Positions 168,040 through 182,399 of a stretch of 248,000 nucleotides of DNA are shown here, piece by piece (position 1 is the stretch's first letter; every line of letters begins with the position of its first letter). Source of the stretch: Wallemia ichthyophaga EXF-994 (taxonomy: Eukaryota > Fungi > Basidiomycota); the NCBI RefSeq assembly GCF_000400465.1, contig NW_008806285.1, positions 20,001 to 268,000 on the forward strand. Direction: 5' to 3'. Position numbers and translations under genes: made by a program. The notes under the pieces are model-generated. The model did not search any database. It saw nothing but the letters and a program-made list of their open reading frames with translations, and had not been told where the DNA came from.

Positions 168040-168700
168040 CCAACTGACCAATTTAGCGAGAAGATAGGCGTAAAGATACCATATACTGACAATTTGAACA
168101 TTTTAGCAATATCATCGTTTTCATGGCATCTTCAGCATTCCGATACATCCCCATAACAACTATCCGCTCAATAGTCATCGAGTCGAATTTTCCTAATACC
168201 ATCTATCTCATCTCAGATGGTGATTTACGAGTTTTAATGATCCCCAAATAAAAAAGCTTGTTTTATAGCTTTAAATGAGCTCTACAAGATCTTACAAGAA
168301 CTATTTCCCTGAACCTTCATTTGCGCCCTGTAGGTTGTTCGGTAGTTGCATTTCGAGATCGTACGCTATTAGAGAGATATAGGGATTTAACGCGCTTAGT
168401 CGACAGAACAGATTATAATAACTGATGGAGACTTCAAGAACCCAGAAATCTCAAGCGCTCACCCTTGTAGACGTGATTTACGTTTTCCGACAAGTAGCGT
168501 CCACAGGACTAAATGCTGGCTCCAGGGAAGAAGCCAGGACATTCCGGATCATTACACGCCTATTGCATACAAATTATGCAACAAAAAAACAAGCGTCATC
168601 CCAACTCTGTAAATCGGGACTCTAGCTTCACCTGGTGCATTTCGAGATGTCACATAATGGGGGCGGAGGAGTGATTAAGCATGCATTAGAATTGCATAGG
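168040..168700 (-). repeat. Degenerate dispersed repeat, copy C
   Basis: Same orientation and order of motifs as copy B over about 650 bp. Confidence 0.85.
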
Positions 168701-169588
168701 TCGGCTTAGTAGGTATATATGTTTTTTGATACCAAGTCACACCCTTTGCAGCATGCCATATCTAGCTGCTAGCTGGACGAGTGCAGAGCACTTCGCTGCG
168801 CTATCGGCAACAAACATATCTGCAAACGTCTCATAGAGCTAATTACTACTAACAGGAGCTAATGTTACTTTAATTAGCAGTCGTCAAGGTGTTATGGCGA
168901 ACTAAATCACGTCATCCTCTGAGATTGCAACGTCATTCCAACTCTCAAAGTTCAATCATAGGCGGAAGAGTACAATGAAGTCGAATCAGTTTACATGAGT
169001 GATGACAATGAAATATTGAGTTAATGTGAGCAAGTTTGCTGCTGAATGATCACCTTTGATACCTGCCAATTAGCGAGAGAGAGGGGGATGAACGGCAGTA
169101 ATTCATCATATCGATAAAAGTAGTCGTACTACAACTAGATTTACGTGCAACGCCTATGTCCTCCTTCCACTTGATAACCTTGGTGGGGACGACGATCTGA
169201 ATATGCGTGTGTTTTCAATGTTCAAGGATGATCTTTGCACTTTGCATTTAGAGATATCAAAGCCATCTTTGGTAGCATAAGTCAGGCACTGGTCCAAAAC
169301 GCATAATGTGCACATTGTGAAGATAAACTTAAATATATAAAACTGTACAAAACTTTGATTAGTTTGCTGCGATCGATGGAGGTTGCACTGTGCTAGGCGC
169401 TACCGGAGCCGCTGAAGCAGATTCGTTGGAGAGGTTACTGCTCACTTTACCACCAGCTGTTTTTCTTCCAGCTGATCGTAAACCAAAACAAACTCACGCT
169501 TTATCTTCTCCCAGCTCTTTGGATCGAAGAAGATATAGCTACCACGTTCAAGCATTGGTGTCTTCTGCACTGGCTCAGATCCGGATTC

Positions 169589-170754
169589 TTTAGTCAACCA
169601 AAGTCCTAAATCCTTGTGATATCTCCAGTTTCTGTTGAATCTGAGAAGGTATTAGCTTGTTTTCGGTGAAAATAGAAAAGCCACGCTCACAATTCAATTG
169701 CTGCTACTTGCTGCATTACATCCTTTGCGTGAGTGTAGAATATGTAGAAGAGGGTTTCGTCGTGGAATTCTGCGACCTTGGTGAATGCTGGTGGTGGTGG
169801 TTGGACGTTGTAACAAGCAGGTAGTGTGAACTCTGGTTCTAGTGTAGCTGCATCTCTGGCATTGTTGTCGGAAAATGGTGACACGAACGTCGAGTTAAGC
169901 ATTCTTCAGCTGTGTCAGAGGTAATGATCGAGTTGAGTATTCGTACATACGTCGGAGAGCTCAAATCCAGTCCAAGATTTGTCAAATCAGATCCCAAAGC
170001 CAGCATTCCCATATCAGACGACGACATTCTTATTATGTTCAACAATCCTAACAATCCAAACCTGTCAGCAGGCGATACTAGCACTTGCTGAGCCGGGGTC
170101 TGAGCCATAGGTAGATTGGGTTGTTGGGCGTTTGGATTTTGTGCAGCGGTCATTTCGAACATGAAATTCTAAGCCACGTGATCAGCAGATAGGAGCTAGG
170201 TATAAAGTCAAACATACTCTTTTGTCCCTCTGTGAAGCTGCGTTTGAAGCAGATGCAGGTGCGGGTGTCCTCGAAGTGTTGGAAGGGAAGTATGGCTGTC
170301 GTATAGATTCACTGGATTTAGGCTGTACACCGTTTAGACTACTCTGATCAGAAGAAAGAGCAGGAAATTCATCCTGATTTAGAGCCGAGGGAGCTGTAGG
170401 CTGGGAATAATGATTTTGCTGCTGCTGACTTTGTTGAGTAGGAGCACCTAAAGCGGGGAAATCATTTGGATCGAGCCTAGGTTCTGACTGGCTAGGTATC
170501 ACGCCGACATTGAGCAACTGCGATTGATTACTGCTGTTGTTATTGATTGGATGAGCTTGTGCAGCTGTCACGGGAGAAGGACCTGCGTAGGGGAACGAAT
170601 TTTGCCTCGGATTAGAATTAGGCGTCAAGCTTGGCTGATTAAAGCTTTGCCTCTGTTGTTGCTGCTGCTGGATAGGCGCGAAACCTCGCAATACGTGTGG
170701 CGCTGCTAAATACGGCGCATAAGGAGGTCTAAAAGGAAGATTTGGAGGGTTCAT
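169589..170754 (-). CDS. NOT2: CCR4-NOT subunit Not2
   Basis: DRFGLLGLL; LALGSDLTNLGLDL; ETLFYIFY NOT box. Confidence 0.92.
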
Positions 170755-170873
170755 AGATTGCGGCCTTTGGGGAGTTTGCCCTGTATCTGATTTAATTAGT
170801 TTAAAAAATTAGGCTGAGTAGACTAACTCATAGTTCTTGTCCAAGAGAGACGGCCAACGACAACGACGACGAT

Positions 170874-172494
170874 ATGAGCGATAGCTACACGAAAGACGAA
170901 TTGATCTCAATATTCAAGCAATTCAAATCTGATAAATCGAACAGAGTGTGCTTCGATTGTCCAGCTAAGAATCCAACTTGGGCATCTGCGACGTATGGCA
171001 TTTACATTTGCTTGGACTGCAGCTCAATACATAGGAATATGGGCGTACATCTGTCATTCGTTAGATCTACAACGCTTGATAGCTGGAATTCCCTGCAACT
171101 GCGTACGATGAGATGCGGTGGTAATCAATCTGCAGTGGATTTCTTCAATACCCACGCAGGAGGTCACTTGTTGAACGATTCAGACGTAAAAGCAAAATAT
171201 AACTCAGGAATTGCAAGATTATACAAGCAAGAACTCGCAAAGAGGGTTGAGAAAGACCACATTGAGTGAGTTTACTCGTTTCCGGTGTGCAAACACTCAT
171301 TCCTTATCTTTTATAAAGTTTTCCTGGGAAAGTCCTTGTCCCTGGCACTCAATCTGTTGCTAAACCTGAAAGTAGAGTTGAAGACGACTTCTTCAACAAC
171401 TGGGATAAGCCTTCCTCACCTGCCCCAGCTGCGGATCCGGCAAGCAAGCCAGCTGGACCTCCAACTATTGGCAGAACTGTCTCTCAAACTAGCGCGACTT
171501 CGATACCTTCAGACAGCACCGGGACTTCACCCCAAACTCAAGTTTCTCGACCTTCCTCAACTCCTAGAACAATCTCTTCAGCATCTCTTAGACAACCGTC
171601 CAGCTCAGCTCGCCCTGCAAAATCAACTTCAAAGCTCGGCGCATCCAAGTTTGGCGCAAAGAAAGCCTCAACTCCGTTCAACTACGATGAAGCTGAGAAG
171701 AAGGCTCAGTTGGAAAGTGAGAGATTGAAAGCAGCAGAATTGGAGGCTCATAAGCGTGCTGAAGAAGAAATGACCAAGCAAGCAGCTCAAGCTGAAGCAG
171801 ATGCTGCGGCTACTGCTATTTCTGCACAAAATGCTGAAAAGGCTCGTAAAGAGGCTAAGACCGCTAGTCCATCAGTAGAGAAGCTTGAACCACGAATGGC
171901 TAGACTTGGATTTGGTCAGACAACCGGTGCAAAGAGTACTCCTTCAGCCTCGACGTGAGTGCGTCGATTGTCTATCGACTTAGCTCACAAATACAGACCA
172001 AGCTTCAAATCAACTAAGGATGATGCACCAACTACGGCCAGAGACAAGTTTGGTGGTCAAAAAGGTGATTGAACCCTTACCATACCCACTGATTACTAAC
172101 TTATTCACAGCGATTTCATCTGATATGTACTTTGAACGCGGTAATTACGACGCAGACGAAAGTGCCGCTGCACAAGGCAGGCTCAGAGAGTTTAATGGAC
172201 AAACGGCCATCTCATCTGATGCCTATTTTGGAAGAGAACGGAACTCGTTTGACGAAGATGACCAAGCAAATGAAGGAATGCTCGGCAGTGGTGATACCTA
172301 TCAGCAACTTGAAGACACAGCGAGAGACTGGGCTCAAAGAGTTGCTGCAAACCCAGATGTTCAACAACTTGGAGAGGGAATACGTGCTGGTGCACTTAAA
172401 GTGAGTAGATATCGAAGCATTAGTTACATAACAAATACTAATGTAAATTCAGCTTTCAGACTACCTTGCATACTGGTCAACTGAACAACGCTAA
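170874..172494 (+). CDS. GLO3: ArfGAP Glo3-like
   Basis: [33 protein letters not shown]; AISSDMYF / AISSDAYF. Confidence 0.93.
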
Positions 172495-173244
172495 GGGGTA
172501 AATTTTTTGTCTTATTCTTCATTTGTACCGCTTCATACCAACACATTCCAAAAAGATTGATTTTATTTAGGGCTGGATTCAAACGTCTATGAAAGACGGA
172601 AAAGAATCGAAAGAGAGTACAATAAGGAATGGGAGATTTGCAAAGCTACGACCTATTCACGTCGAAAACGTTGGTGCGTTTGGAACTGAGAGTGATAAAA
172701 TAACAGGTTGAATATTGTATCGATAGGTACCGTCGCAAGAGATCACCTGGCATCCGAAAGAACATGGCTAAGCTATGTGCAAACGTCGTTGGCTATTGCG
172801 TCAATAGGAGTCGGTAGGTTTGTTGAATAACGCTTTAAAAATAATTGATCAAAAGAAAAACAGCAATTACACAACTGTTTGCTATTAAGCCAATAGATAA
172901 TGGCATTGCAGACGATTCAGTATCTCTAGGCAGTCAACAAAATCAAACGCGTGACAATTCGACGAAATACAACAATCCGCGTAATTTTTCGAGACCGCTG
173001 GGAACTATACTAATAGTATTTGGTATAATAGTGTTATTACATGGTGAATCTATCTGCTACACACTCTACGCTGCTTACAACGAATAAGGAATGCTAAGAT
173101 TCATTTTAATACAAACGGCTTTATTAGACGGAAAATTTCCAGTCTTATCTAGAATCGCACTCTTTACATTTACTTTATTACTCGCGCTTTTTTTTATTAC
173201 ATGTTTTGTACTTATAATTATATCCCAGTAGCTAGCTTAAGTCG

Positions 173245-173916
173245 ATGAATCTTATTACACCAAAAACAGCGTTTAGACCAAATGACAAGATATCTTTAGC
173301 TATCTTAACACACGCATACAAGCCTTTAGGTGGTTCGAGTAAAGATTATCCACTTGCAATCATGGCAAGATGGCTCAAAGATGCTGGCTATTTCGTCATC
173401 CTCTATGACAGACAGTCGACTACCTGGACAGGTGATGCAGAGGTCAACGAGCTTGAGCATATTCTCAGAGATACTATCTTTACTCGTCTCTCAATTTTCA
173501 CATTATCGAAAGTAATCATTGGTGTACGTTTGTGATAGCAGTGAGAGCTATCTAATTTAGTGCAGGGATACAGTGCAGGCTCTCTGATTGCATCTAGATT
173601 GGCCAAACCGGACTGGATGGAATGTGAAGTCCAATATCTGCTCATATCACATCCCCTGTCAGTTTCTTGGGCGTTGAACTTATTCAGAGGAGCTCAGGCA
173701 CAGCAGTGCTTGCATAGAAATCTCAAACACTGCAAGATGCTTGCAATTTGGGGCACAAATGATCAATTCACTGGTGTTAATCAATACAGACAGTGGAATG
173801 ACGACTTACGCAGTAAATTCCCAAACACTTGGAGCTCAATAGAGGTTGGAGGTGCGGATCATTTCTGGAAGTCGCTTGATACTGTCTACAATAGATTTGT
173901 TGATTGGATTACATGA
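173245..173916 (+). CDS. Small alpha/beta hydrolase fold protein
   Basis: LTHAYKPLGG; GYSAGS; GTNDQF; ADHFW. Confidence 0.72.
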
Positions 173917-173949
173917 TTTAAAGATAACGATAAGCAAGAGATAATTGGA

Positions 173950-174454
173950 TTAAGCACCGTGCATTTTGATAGTTGCTTTTGGTACTCCCTGTTGTTGAGA
174001 AATGAGCAATTGATTGCGCTTGAAAGTCCCACTCACCTCCGATATCAGGAATTCTTGGATCTTGAAACGCTGATCACCTTGCAACTGGATAACTTGACCA
174101 AGTTCCTCATCGTCAACTATAGTACCGTTACAAGCGAACTCCTTTTTAAAAGCTTTCAAGATCTTTTTCAGATCGTATTCTGGTTATAAGGTATCTGATT
174201 AAACCAGGATTCAAATGAATATCCAAGACGTACCTTTAGGAATACCTTGAAGGGTTGTAAGTGTCTTACGACCATTTCTTTGTTGAATTCTAATGTGAAT
174301 GTAGTTTTGTTGGTTACCGACGTTGTTGGCTGACTCGCTGCCACCACCAAAGTCTTCGTCTACTGCGAATGGGTCTGTAATAAATATGAGTATTACCTAT
174401 CATGTCATTTAGTGTATTGTTACCATCTTTTGAGAAATTTTGGATTGTTGCCAT
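173950..174454 (-). CDS. SUI1: Translation initiation factor eIF1
   Basis: QQRNGRK; KKEFACNG; QLQGDQR; MHGA*. Confidence 0.96.
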
Positions 174455-174729
174455 CGTCAGAGTCTGTTGTCAGGATTCAAACTTGACGACTAAAGGGAAA
174501 TTGTGCGGTGAAAATGTGTATGAAATATATTCCAAACGATAGCAATGGTGCAGTGTGTGTTTTTCACGCTTTGTATTTCAGTATTGAGTGTCTTCTGTGA
174601 TTGGTTGGAGGTTAGATATACTCAGAGATACGCAAAAGAACCGGTAGCAAGTGAGGGATGTACGATTACCGGAATTATTGATGTGTTTTCCTCAAGTTTA
174701 TTTCTTAAATTCAAACGACCATCTCGTCT

Positions 174730-176137
174730 ATGCACGACTTCACCAAATCTTTGAACAACAGAGAGAAGCTGCTGCTTTGCCAGTATATCAATGAGCACAA
174801 CTTTAATTGGAACCTAATACCACGCTCCCTGTCAAGTCATCCACTCCTTCTATCCAGGTCACCGGGATTTTTCACTTCAGATGTTGGTACAGAGGACGCA
174901 ATAGAAGCCCAGCTGACTGTTCGTAGAGTTGTAAAGTCGCTTATAACGATCTTTTACTGGAATTGGAACTCGAAGCGTAAGTTACGAAAAGACGCAAAGC
175001 ATTTCTCACGAAATAGCAGTGATAACACAAAATACTCAAAGGATTTGCAATGTTGGTGGTTTTTTTTACGGAGAAACAAACAATCTGATCGTTTTACAGC
175101 TCGACCGCAACTGAAGTTAGCGAAAAAGTACTTCAAATTGCATGTTGACGAGATCAAGCAATCCATATGGCAGCAAGAGCGCGACTTTAGAGCTGTGCTG
175201 CAAGATCTGCATAACATGAAGAATAATCAAGCTGAGACATCACAAGAATCCAGTACACGCAAAGAAGCTTCACCTCGACCACCTATTCATAGCGAACGAG
175301 ATAACCAAGAACCAGAAGTTCTACAGGAGAGACTCACATCAAAGGAATCAGCTTCGCGAGAACCAAATCCGAAAGAACAAACACCTGAGGAAGCAGTTGT
175401 TCAGGAACTTGAATCAGAACCACCATTACAGATTAAAGAGTCACAAGACGGTGATGCTGCGATGAACCAATTACCAGAAGAGCATGCGACAAACGATTCC
175501 AATACAAATGATCCCGAAGAAGCAACGCCGAGAGAGCCTGATTCACCTGCTAAAGAAGTTATCGCCGATACACCAAAGAGCTCTGAGGATATGCAGGTGG
175601 ATATGAAGCCAGAGGAAGTCAGAGAGACACGTAGAACATCAAAGAGGAAGAGTGCAGCGGTTGAGAACACCAACAAGAGGTCTCCAGCCACACCGAATGA
175701 AACACCAGAAGATACGGCGAATGCGAATAGCAAGCGTAGAAAGTCTACGCTGGATGACACACAAAGAAAAACACAGAAGGTGCTTCTGCTGTGTCTACAG
175801 GATATTACAACCCACAAAGCAGGTATAGTTTTTGAACAACCAATAAGGGCAAATGAAGCGCCAGGATACCACGATGTTGTTTATTCACCAACAGATCTCA
175901 CAACTATAAAGAGAAAAATACGTGATGGACAGATAACATCAGCACAGCAATTCAAAGCCAACGTGCTTTTGATGTTCGCGAATAGCATAATGTACAATCC
176001 ACCATCGAGTGATGTACATGAGATGGCGCAAGAGGTGAGTGATTAAAGATGGCATGAAGGACTAATTAAATGGTTGAATACAGATGATGAAATCAAGCGA
176101 GAACCTAATAACAGAATTTCTATCAAACTACGAATGA
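174730..176137 (+). CDS. Bromodomain protein (BRD8-like)
   Basis: C-terminal bromodomain (FEQPI..APGY..V..P.DL.TI..LMFANSIMYN). Confidence 0.82.
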
Positions 176138-176376
176138 TGAATGTAAAGTAAATGTATGTTGTAAATTAGTGTGTCAGCTGGACTCAGGGAGTGATGTCAC
176201 TCGGTATGTAAACTCTACAAAGAGACGGTAAGTTGGTGTATAAATGAGTTTACATGTAAATTTAAAGTAAAATTCAAATATTGCAGATTGTCCATTTTCG
176301 TTTAACGCGTTGCGGTGCCCGAATCCACGCGCGTCCACGGCTCTTGCTTTAAATCATTGCAACGATAAAATATTAA

Positions 176377-179300
176377 ATGGGGGATTTCTCACCCAGCAGG
176401 TATGATACAAAGACATCGAGGTCGTCTCCATTCGCATATCAGCAGAGAATATTAGAAAGGACTTCGTCTTCACAGCGCAAGCCATCAAACTCTTCTTTAC
176501 AGCAGTCGACGCCGCTAGCATCTCCAAAGCCAACGTTCCTAGATGGCATCTCCCATAGAACTCCATCGGGTAGTCTCTCTAGGCACAAATCATCGCACAG
176601 CGTAGGCGATGTAGCCAGCAAATGGGAAGCCAGATCTCAATCGGACAAGTCCACAGTTCCATTTCCAAACTACCCGAGTCGCTCTCCATCTCCAACCAAA
176701 TCCTCTCCAAACAAGTCTTCTCTCCCTTCTTCTGTATTCACTCCTTTCTCTCATGGCAATCATCCTCCGTCACCTACTCCTGAGAAGACGCCTTCTATTC
176801 GCAGGTCAAGGCCTTTATCTCTACAAAGCACTCCTGATCTTGCCAAGAGCTCCGTTGGTGCCCTCAAAGAACTCGGTTCTTCTCAATCTGTTTACCGCAC
176901 CAATTCTCTTTCCAGAGCTAGATCTATTGACTTGGAGGCTGAGAAACAAAAGGCCTCTGAGCAACCTTCCCCCACTAAGTCTGAAAGCGGTCACAGTATA
177001 CTTGGTCGTGGCACTGCTCCAAGCTATAGAGCAAAATCCGGTGCTCACCTTGGCCGTATCACAAGTGGTGATGCTGAGAATGATTGGGACGAGAATGACA
177101 AACCTGGTGGCTGGGACAAGGATCAGAGAAGCTCTCTCAAAGATGATTCTTTTCATTTACCTGGTATTACAGACATGAGTGAGCAGGTGGTCGGTTTACC
177201 AGGCAGAGTACGTCTATCAAGAACTGGATCACTCACCGAGGGCTCAAGGAACGCTGCGGGCCTCAGGCGCACGAATGCCGTTAAGAATTCGAGCCTCTCT
177301 CCTACCAGAGCATCACAAAACTCTTCAGTCATGTCTCGCACGCAGTACATGACTTTAGACAAACAGCGTCACCTTCTCGCAGCTTACGAGTATCTTTGCC
177401 ACATCTCTGAGGCTATTAGATGGATCGAGGATTGCCTTGAAGGATCACTTGAAATGGATGAAGTTCAGGCAGAAGACGGACTCCGAGACGGTATAGTTCT
177501 CTTCAGATTAGCAAGTGTTTGGGGCTTTGGTGAAGGGATGGAGGATGGGCATATTGGCTGGAACGGCATAAGAAAGAACTACACAGGAAACAGACGTCTT
177601 TTCATGGTAAGTTGAGTACGTCTTAGTAATCAATTCTTGCTAACCCTAAAGTAGCATCCAAACATTCGACACTTTAAATACGTCGATAACATTAACTACT
177701 TCTTCGAGTTTATCAGGCGCATCAGTTTACCTGAAGTGAGTGTTGCTTTTTCGTCATTCAAACATTTTAATTCTTCCAGCTGTTCACGTTCGAAACAACT
177801 GATCTCTATGAAAAGAAAAACATCCCGAAAGTAATCTACTGTCTCCATGCATTGAGTTATCTTCTTGCTGGACGAGGTGTTGCTCCACGCATTGGCGCTC
177901 TGAAGGGTCAACTTGAGTTTACTGGTGAGCGCATTGTTTTATAATGGATACAGTTTATTTACGGTCTCATAGACGATCAGCTTCGCCAGACTCAGAAGAA
178001 TCTTGATGCTTCCAACGTCCCAATGCCAAATTTCGGTGGATTGGCTTCAACATTTGGGGATCCTGAACCAATACAAGAACCAGAGCCCGTCGAATCAGAA
178101 GAAGACCGCATAGCTAGAGAGCTCTTTGACGTCGAAGGAACAATCGTTACATTGCAGGCTCAAGCAAGAGGCTACCTCACGAGACTGCAAGTTTCGAGCC
178201 TCAAAATAAAAATGAAGCTGAACAAGAAGATTATCACTGTCGTTCAAGCAAGATGCAGAGGTAAAATTACGAGATCTCGCTTGTCTAGCCTACGTGAGAG
178301 GCGCTCAGGATCTGCTATGAAGTGGGTCGTGCCTCTTCAAGCAATTGCAAGACAGAAGCTTGTTCGTGATGAACAAAAAGATATAAAGAAGTACTTGATG
178401 ATTTGCAAACCCGCTGTTACTGCCCTACAGGCACAAGCTCGTGGTCTACTTTCCCGAAAAAAGTATGTAAACAAGCTGCATATTATATATCGCCAGAATC
178501 GCACTGGTGTTTATCAGGGCTTACAAGCTCAATGTCGCGGTTTGCTTGCAATTAGCTCATTCAGAAAGTGTAAAAGCGCTCTGAACAACCGTGCTGAGCT
178601 TCAGCGGGCTCTTCTTATACAATCTAGCTGTCGTGGGTATTTGGTTAAATCAAAGTATACCGAGTATTTGGATAGTATTACAGAGCAAGTTCCTGTCTAC
178701 ACAGCTGTTCAAGCTGCTTGTCGTTCGAAAGCCAGCAGAAGCAAGTATCAATCAAAGTTGAAAGACGTGATGAAGTCATCACAAAATTTTGTTCATTTAC
178801 AGGCACACTCGCGTGGGATTATTTTTAGAAGAAAGCACAGAAAGCTTAATAACGCTCTCAAAAGCGCATCGACTACCCAATCGGTTGTATCAATACAGTC
178901 ACATGCCAGAGCGTTAATCGCGAGACAGGAAAATGAATCATTCCGAGCACAACTGGAATCGCTATTTGGTGCACATGTTAAAATACAGGCATGTTCTAGA
179001 GGAGCTAATGTTAGAGATCAATGTGAAAGTATATTAGCATACTTGGATGATAACTACAAAAGTATTATATCAGTACAGTCCCTCTCTCGCACGAAGCTCA
179101 TTCATGATAGATACAATTACTTGAACTCGTTACTTGAGCAGTCTTCAATTTCCACATTACAGTTGCAAAGTCAATGCAGGGGTTTCCTTGTCAGAAAGTC
179201 CAATGAACAGCTGAAAGCTGAACTTTCGGACGATTCTAAATTGAGTTCTATCTGTCAAATTCAATCCCTTGGACGTGCGACTCTGGTAAGACGATCTATC

Positions 179301-182189
179301 TGGAACATCTTCCAAGAGCTGGAATCAATGGAGGGTGAAATAGTCAAATGCCAAGCACAGTCTAGGGGCTGCTTGATACGCAAAGATCAGACTATGTGGA
179401 AACGCCATCTTCAAGTATCACAACCTCAAGCTGTCAATCTTCAGTCAGTCTTGCGTGCTTACGTTCAAAGGCAGAAATTCGGTGAGAAGAAGACTCATTA
179501 TCGTGCAAACAAGGAGAAGATAGTGAAGGTTCAGGCCTTATATCGTGGTAAGGAGAAGAGGGAGCAGTTCAAAGAACTCACTATGGGTAATAATGTTCCT
179601 TTGAACACGGTCAAAGAGTTTGTCCACTTACTTGACGACTCTGATTATGACTTTGATGAAGAAATTGAATTGGTAGATGTGCGTAAGAAGGTCCTTGAAT
179701 CAATAAGAGAAACGCAAGCACTGGAATCACACGTAGATGAACTAGACGTCAAAATTGCTTTGGTTGTTAAGAACGCACTCTCGTTTGATGAACTGGTCCG
179801 TGCCGCTAAAGGCCGCACAGTCGCTTCAAGTACTCTCAATCGAAATGGAAGCGTGTTGACAGCAGCTGGTGATCCATTTAGTCCTGGAAAAATGGATAAG
179901 CAAACAATAAGAAGACTTGAGCTATATCAACAGCTGTTTTGGAGGCTGCAAAACCAACCAGAGTATCTCGCACGTCTCTTCTATAATATGAGCAGAACGG
180001 AGGTGTCTGATAAGAACCGTCGTTTGATCGAAAATGTTATCATGACCTTATTTGGTTACACTCAATCAGCTCGCGAGGAGTACTTATTTTTGAAAGTTAT
180101 GCAAAGATCGATGCATGAGGAAATTGCATCAGCTAGGCAATTGTCAGACGTTGTTAGGGGTTCATTCACTTGGGTTAAGATGTTTTTGCTTTATCTACGT
180201 GGTCCTGAAAGAAAAACCTATCTAAAGCAAGCACTTGGACCTAGAATCTCAGAGATCACGTCATTAGAATCATTTGATCTTGAAACAGATCCAGTTATTA
180301 TTTGGAAACAAATAATAAACTATCAAGAGTTAGAGAGTGGTAAACCGAGCGACAAGAAGAAAGACGTGACTTATGAAGAAGCTATATCTGATTCTGACAC
180401 AAGAGTAACCTTCATCCATCACCTTCAGCAGCTTAGACACGCTACAGAGCATTTCCGCGGAGATATTCAGAAGTCAACAAAGAAGATGCCTTATGGATTG
180501 AGATTTATTGCTCGTGAATTGTACTTGGCTCTCCGCATCAAATTCAAGAACGAGAGTGAGGAAGCATGTAATAGAATCATAGGGCAACTTATCTATTACA
180601 GATATATTCAGCCAGCAATTGTCACTCCAGAGACATTCGATGTTGTTCCAAAAGTGCTTGACCCACTACAGAGGAAAAATCTCAATGAGATTGCAAAGAT
180701 GCTTACTCAATTGGCTATGGGTGAAGTATTTAGTGATGAAAATACATACCTTACTCCTCTAAATGACTACATTATGGATGCTTCATCTAAATTCATCCCT
180801 TGGTTTGGTCAAGGTACGTTCTAATCGCTACAAAGACTATTTCTAACATTCATAGTCGCTGATGCTGTTGATGCCGAGACATACTTTAATGCAGGCGAGT
180901 TCTTGGAGTACAACACCACAAGAAAACCTTCAATTCATATATCACCAAGCGAAATCTATGATGTTCACTCCCTTCTCAACCAGAATTTGGATCGCATTGC
181001 CCCCACAAGAGAGGATCCACTACGTGCAATTTTATTGGAACTTGGTGGCCCACCATTACCAGCTCAAGGAGAGCTGTATGAGGCACGCAAGAGAGCAATT
181101 TCATTGACACTCACCAACCGCAATACTCAAGTTGACAATCCAAATGACCCACAAACGCATAAGAAACAACTCTGGCTTCAAACTAAGCGTCTAGTCTTAG
181201 CCGTTTTAAGAATACAACCTGAGCGAACCTTGACCCAATCTTTCATCTCTGAAGTTACTAAAGAGCACGAAGCGCAATGGCAATTGTTCGTACAAAAGGA
181301 AGCTTTAATAGAGAGATCTAGAATAACTGGAGCAGGAGATACAGTGTCACCATTCTTAGGATCGGGTTATAAGATAAACGACATCAGACAAATGAACTAT
181401 ACGGAAGTCAAAGCTAGAGCTATAGAATACTGTTTACAATTAGAGAAGATTGGCGAAATTTCGAGGAAAGACAACTACCAGAGTGTGCTAAATGCAATTG
181501 CAGTTGATGTCAGAAGTCGTAATAGAAAGAGAATTCAAAGGCAAAAGGAGTTGAGCAGCATGGAGAACACATTGAAGATACTGGAAGAAAAGAAAGAGTA
181601 TCTTCTAACACAGCAAGATGCTTTCAACTCATATATAGAGACCTCCATGCAGTAAGTTGATATCTCACGTGATGTAACTGGACTGACTGTATGTAGAACT
181701 ATGCAAAAGAAGGGCAAAAAACGGTTTGTCTTACCATTCACTAAACAGTGGTCTCATTTGAGAGACTTGAAACACACCGGTAAAAAATTTAAATTCGGTT
181801 CATATAAGTATGCTGCACAAGAGTAAGTTTTTTATTGTCTTTGTTATATCACTGACACACATTAGGCTTTACAATCGCGGACTTTTATTATCAATCAGTC
181901 AAGTATCTCCAAGACAATACGACGGCATTTTCCTTACTTTCAGCTCGGATGAAATAGGTGTATTTAAGATAGACCTGAATATCGCTGGAGAGCAGAATGC
182001 TATGGCTAGTGAAGACGTAAGACTGGAAGATATGCTGCAGATGCAGTTTGAGAATAAGAGTTCAATTGCAATTTGCCAAGGAAACGTCAAGTGTAACTTG
182101 AATGTTCTATTATTCCAGTTGTATAAGAAGTGAGAAGAGTTTTATTTCTACGATGCTAAATACTAACGAAGCAAAGGTTTTATCAATAG
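176377..182189 (+). CDS. IQG1: IQGAP-like protein
   Basis: CH domain (AYEYLCHISEA), many IQ repeats, RasGAP-related domain (YYRYIQPAIVTPE), RasGAP_C. Confidence 0.93.
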
Positions 182190-182399
182190 AACGCATATAC
182201 AATTGTCAATATATTTCTTTTAATCTTGTACTGTTGTAATTCCATCTAAATTTGCATTCAATGTTATGCATCCAACCAATTAAATAGTCAGTATATCTCA
182301 AAACACACGCTCTGCACCATAAAATCAGGATTAGACCTATTTAGGACACTGCATAACAATCATCATGTATATACACCGCTGAAATTTCATTTCGTAAGC

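Noticed and set aside
168700-169400. Possible tiny gene(s) between repeat copy C and NOT2
   Set aside because: I could not build a consistent spliced model or recognise a family.
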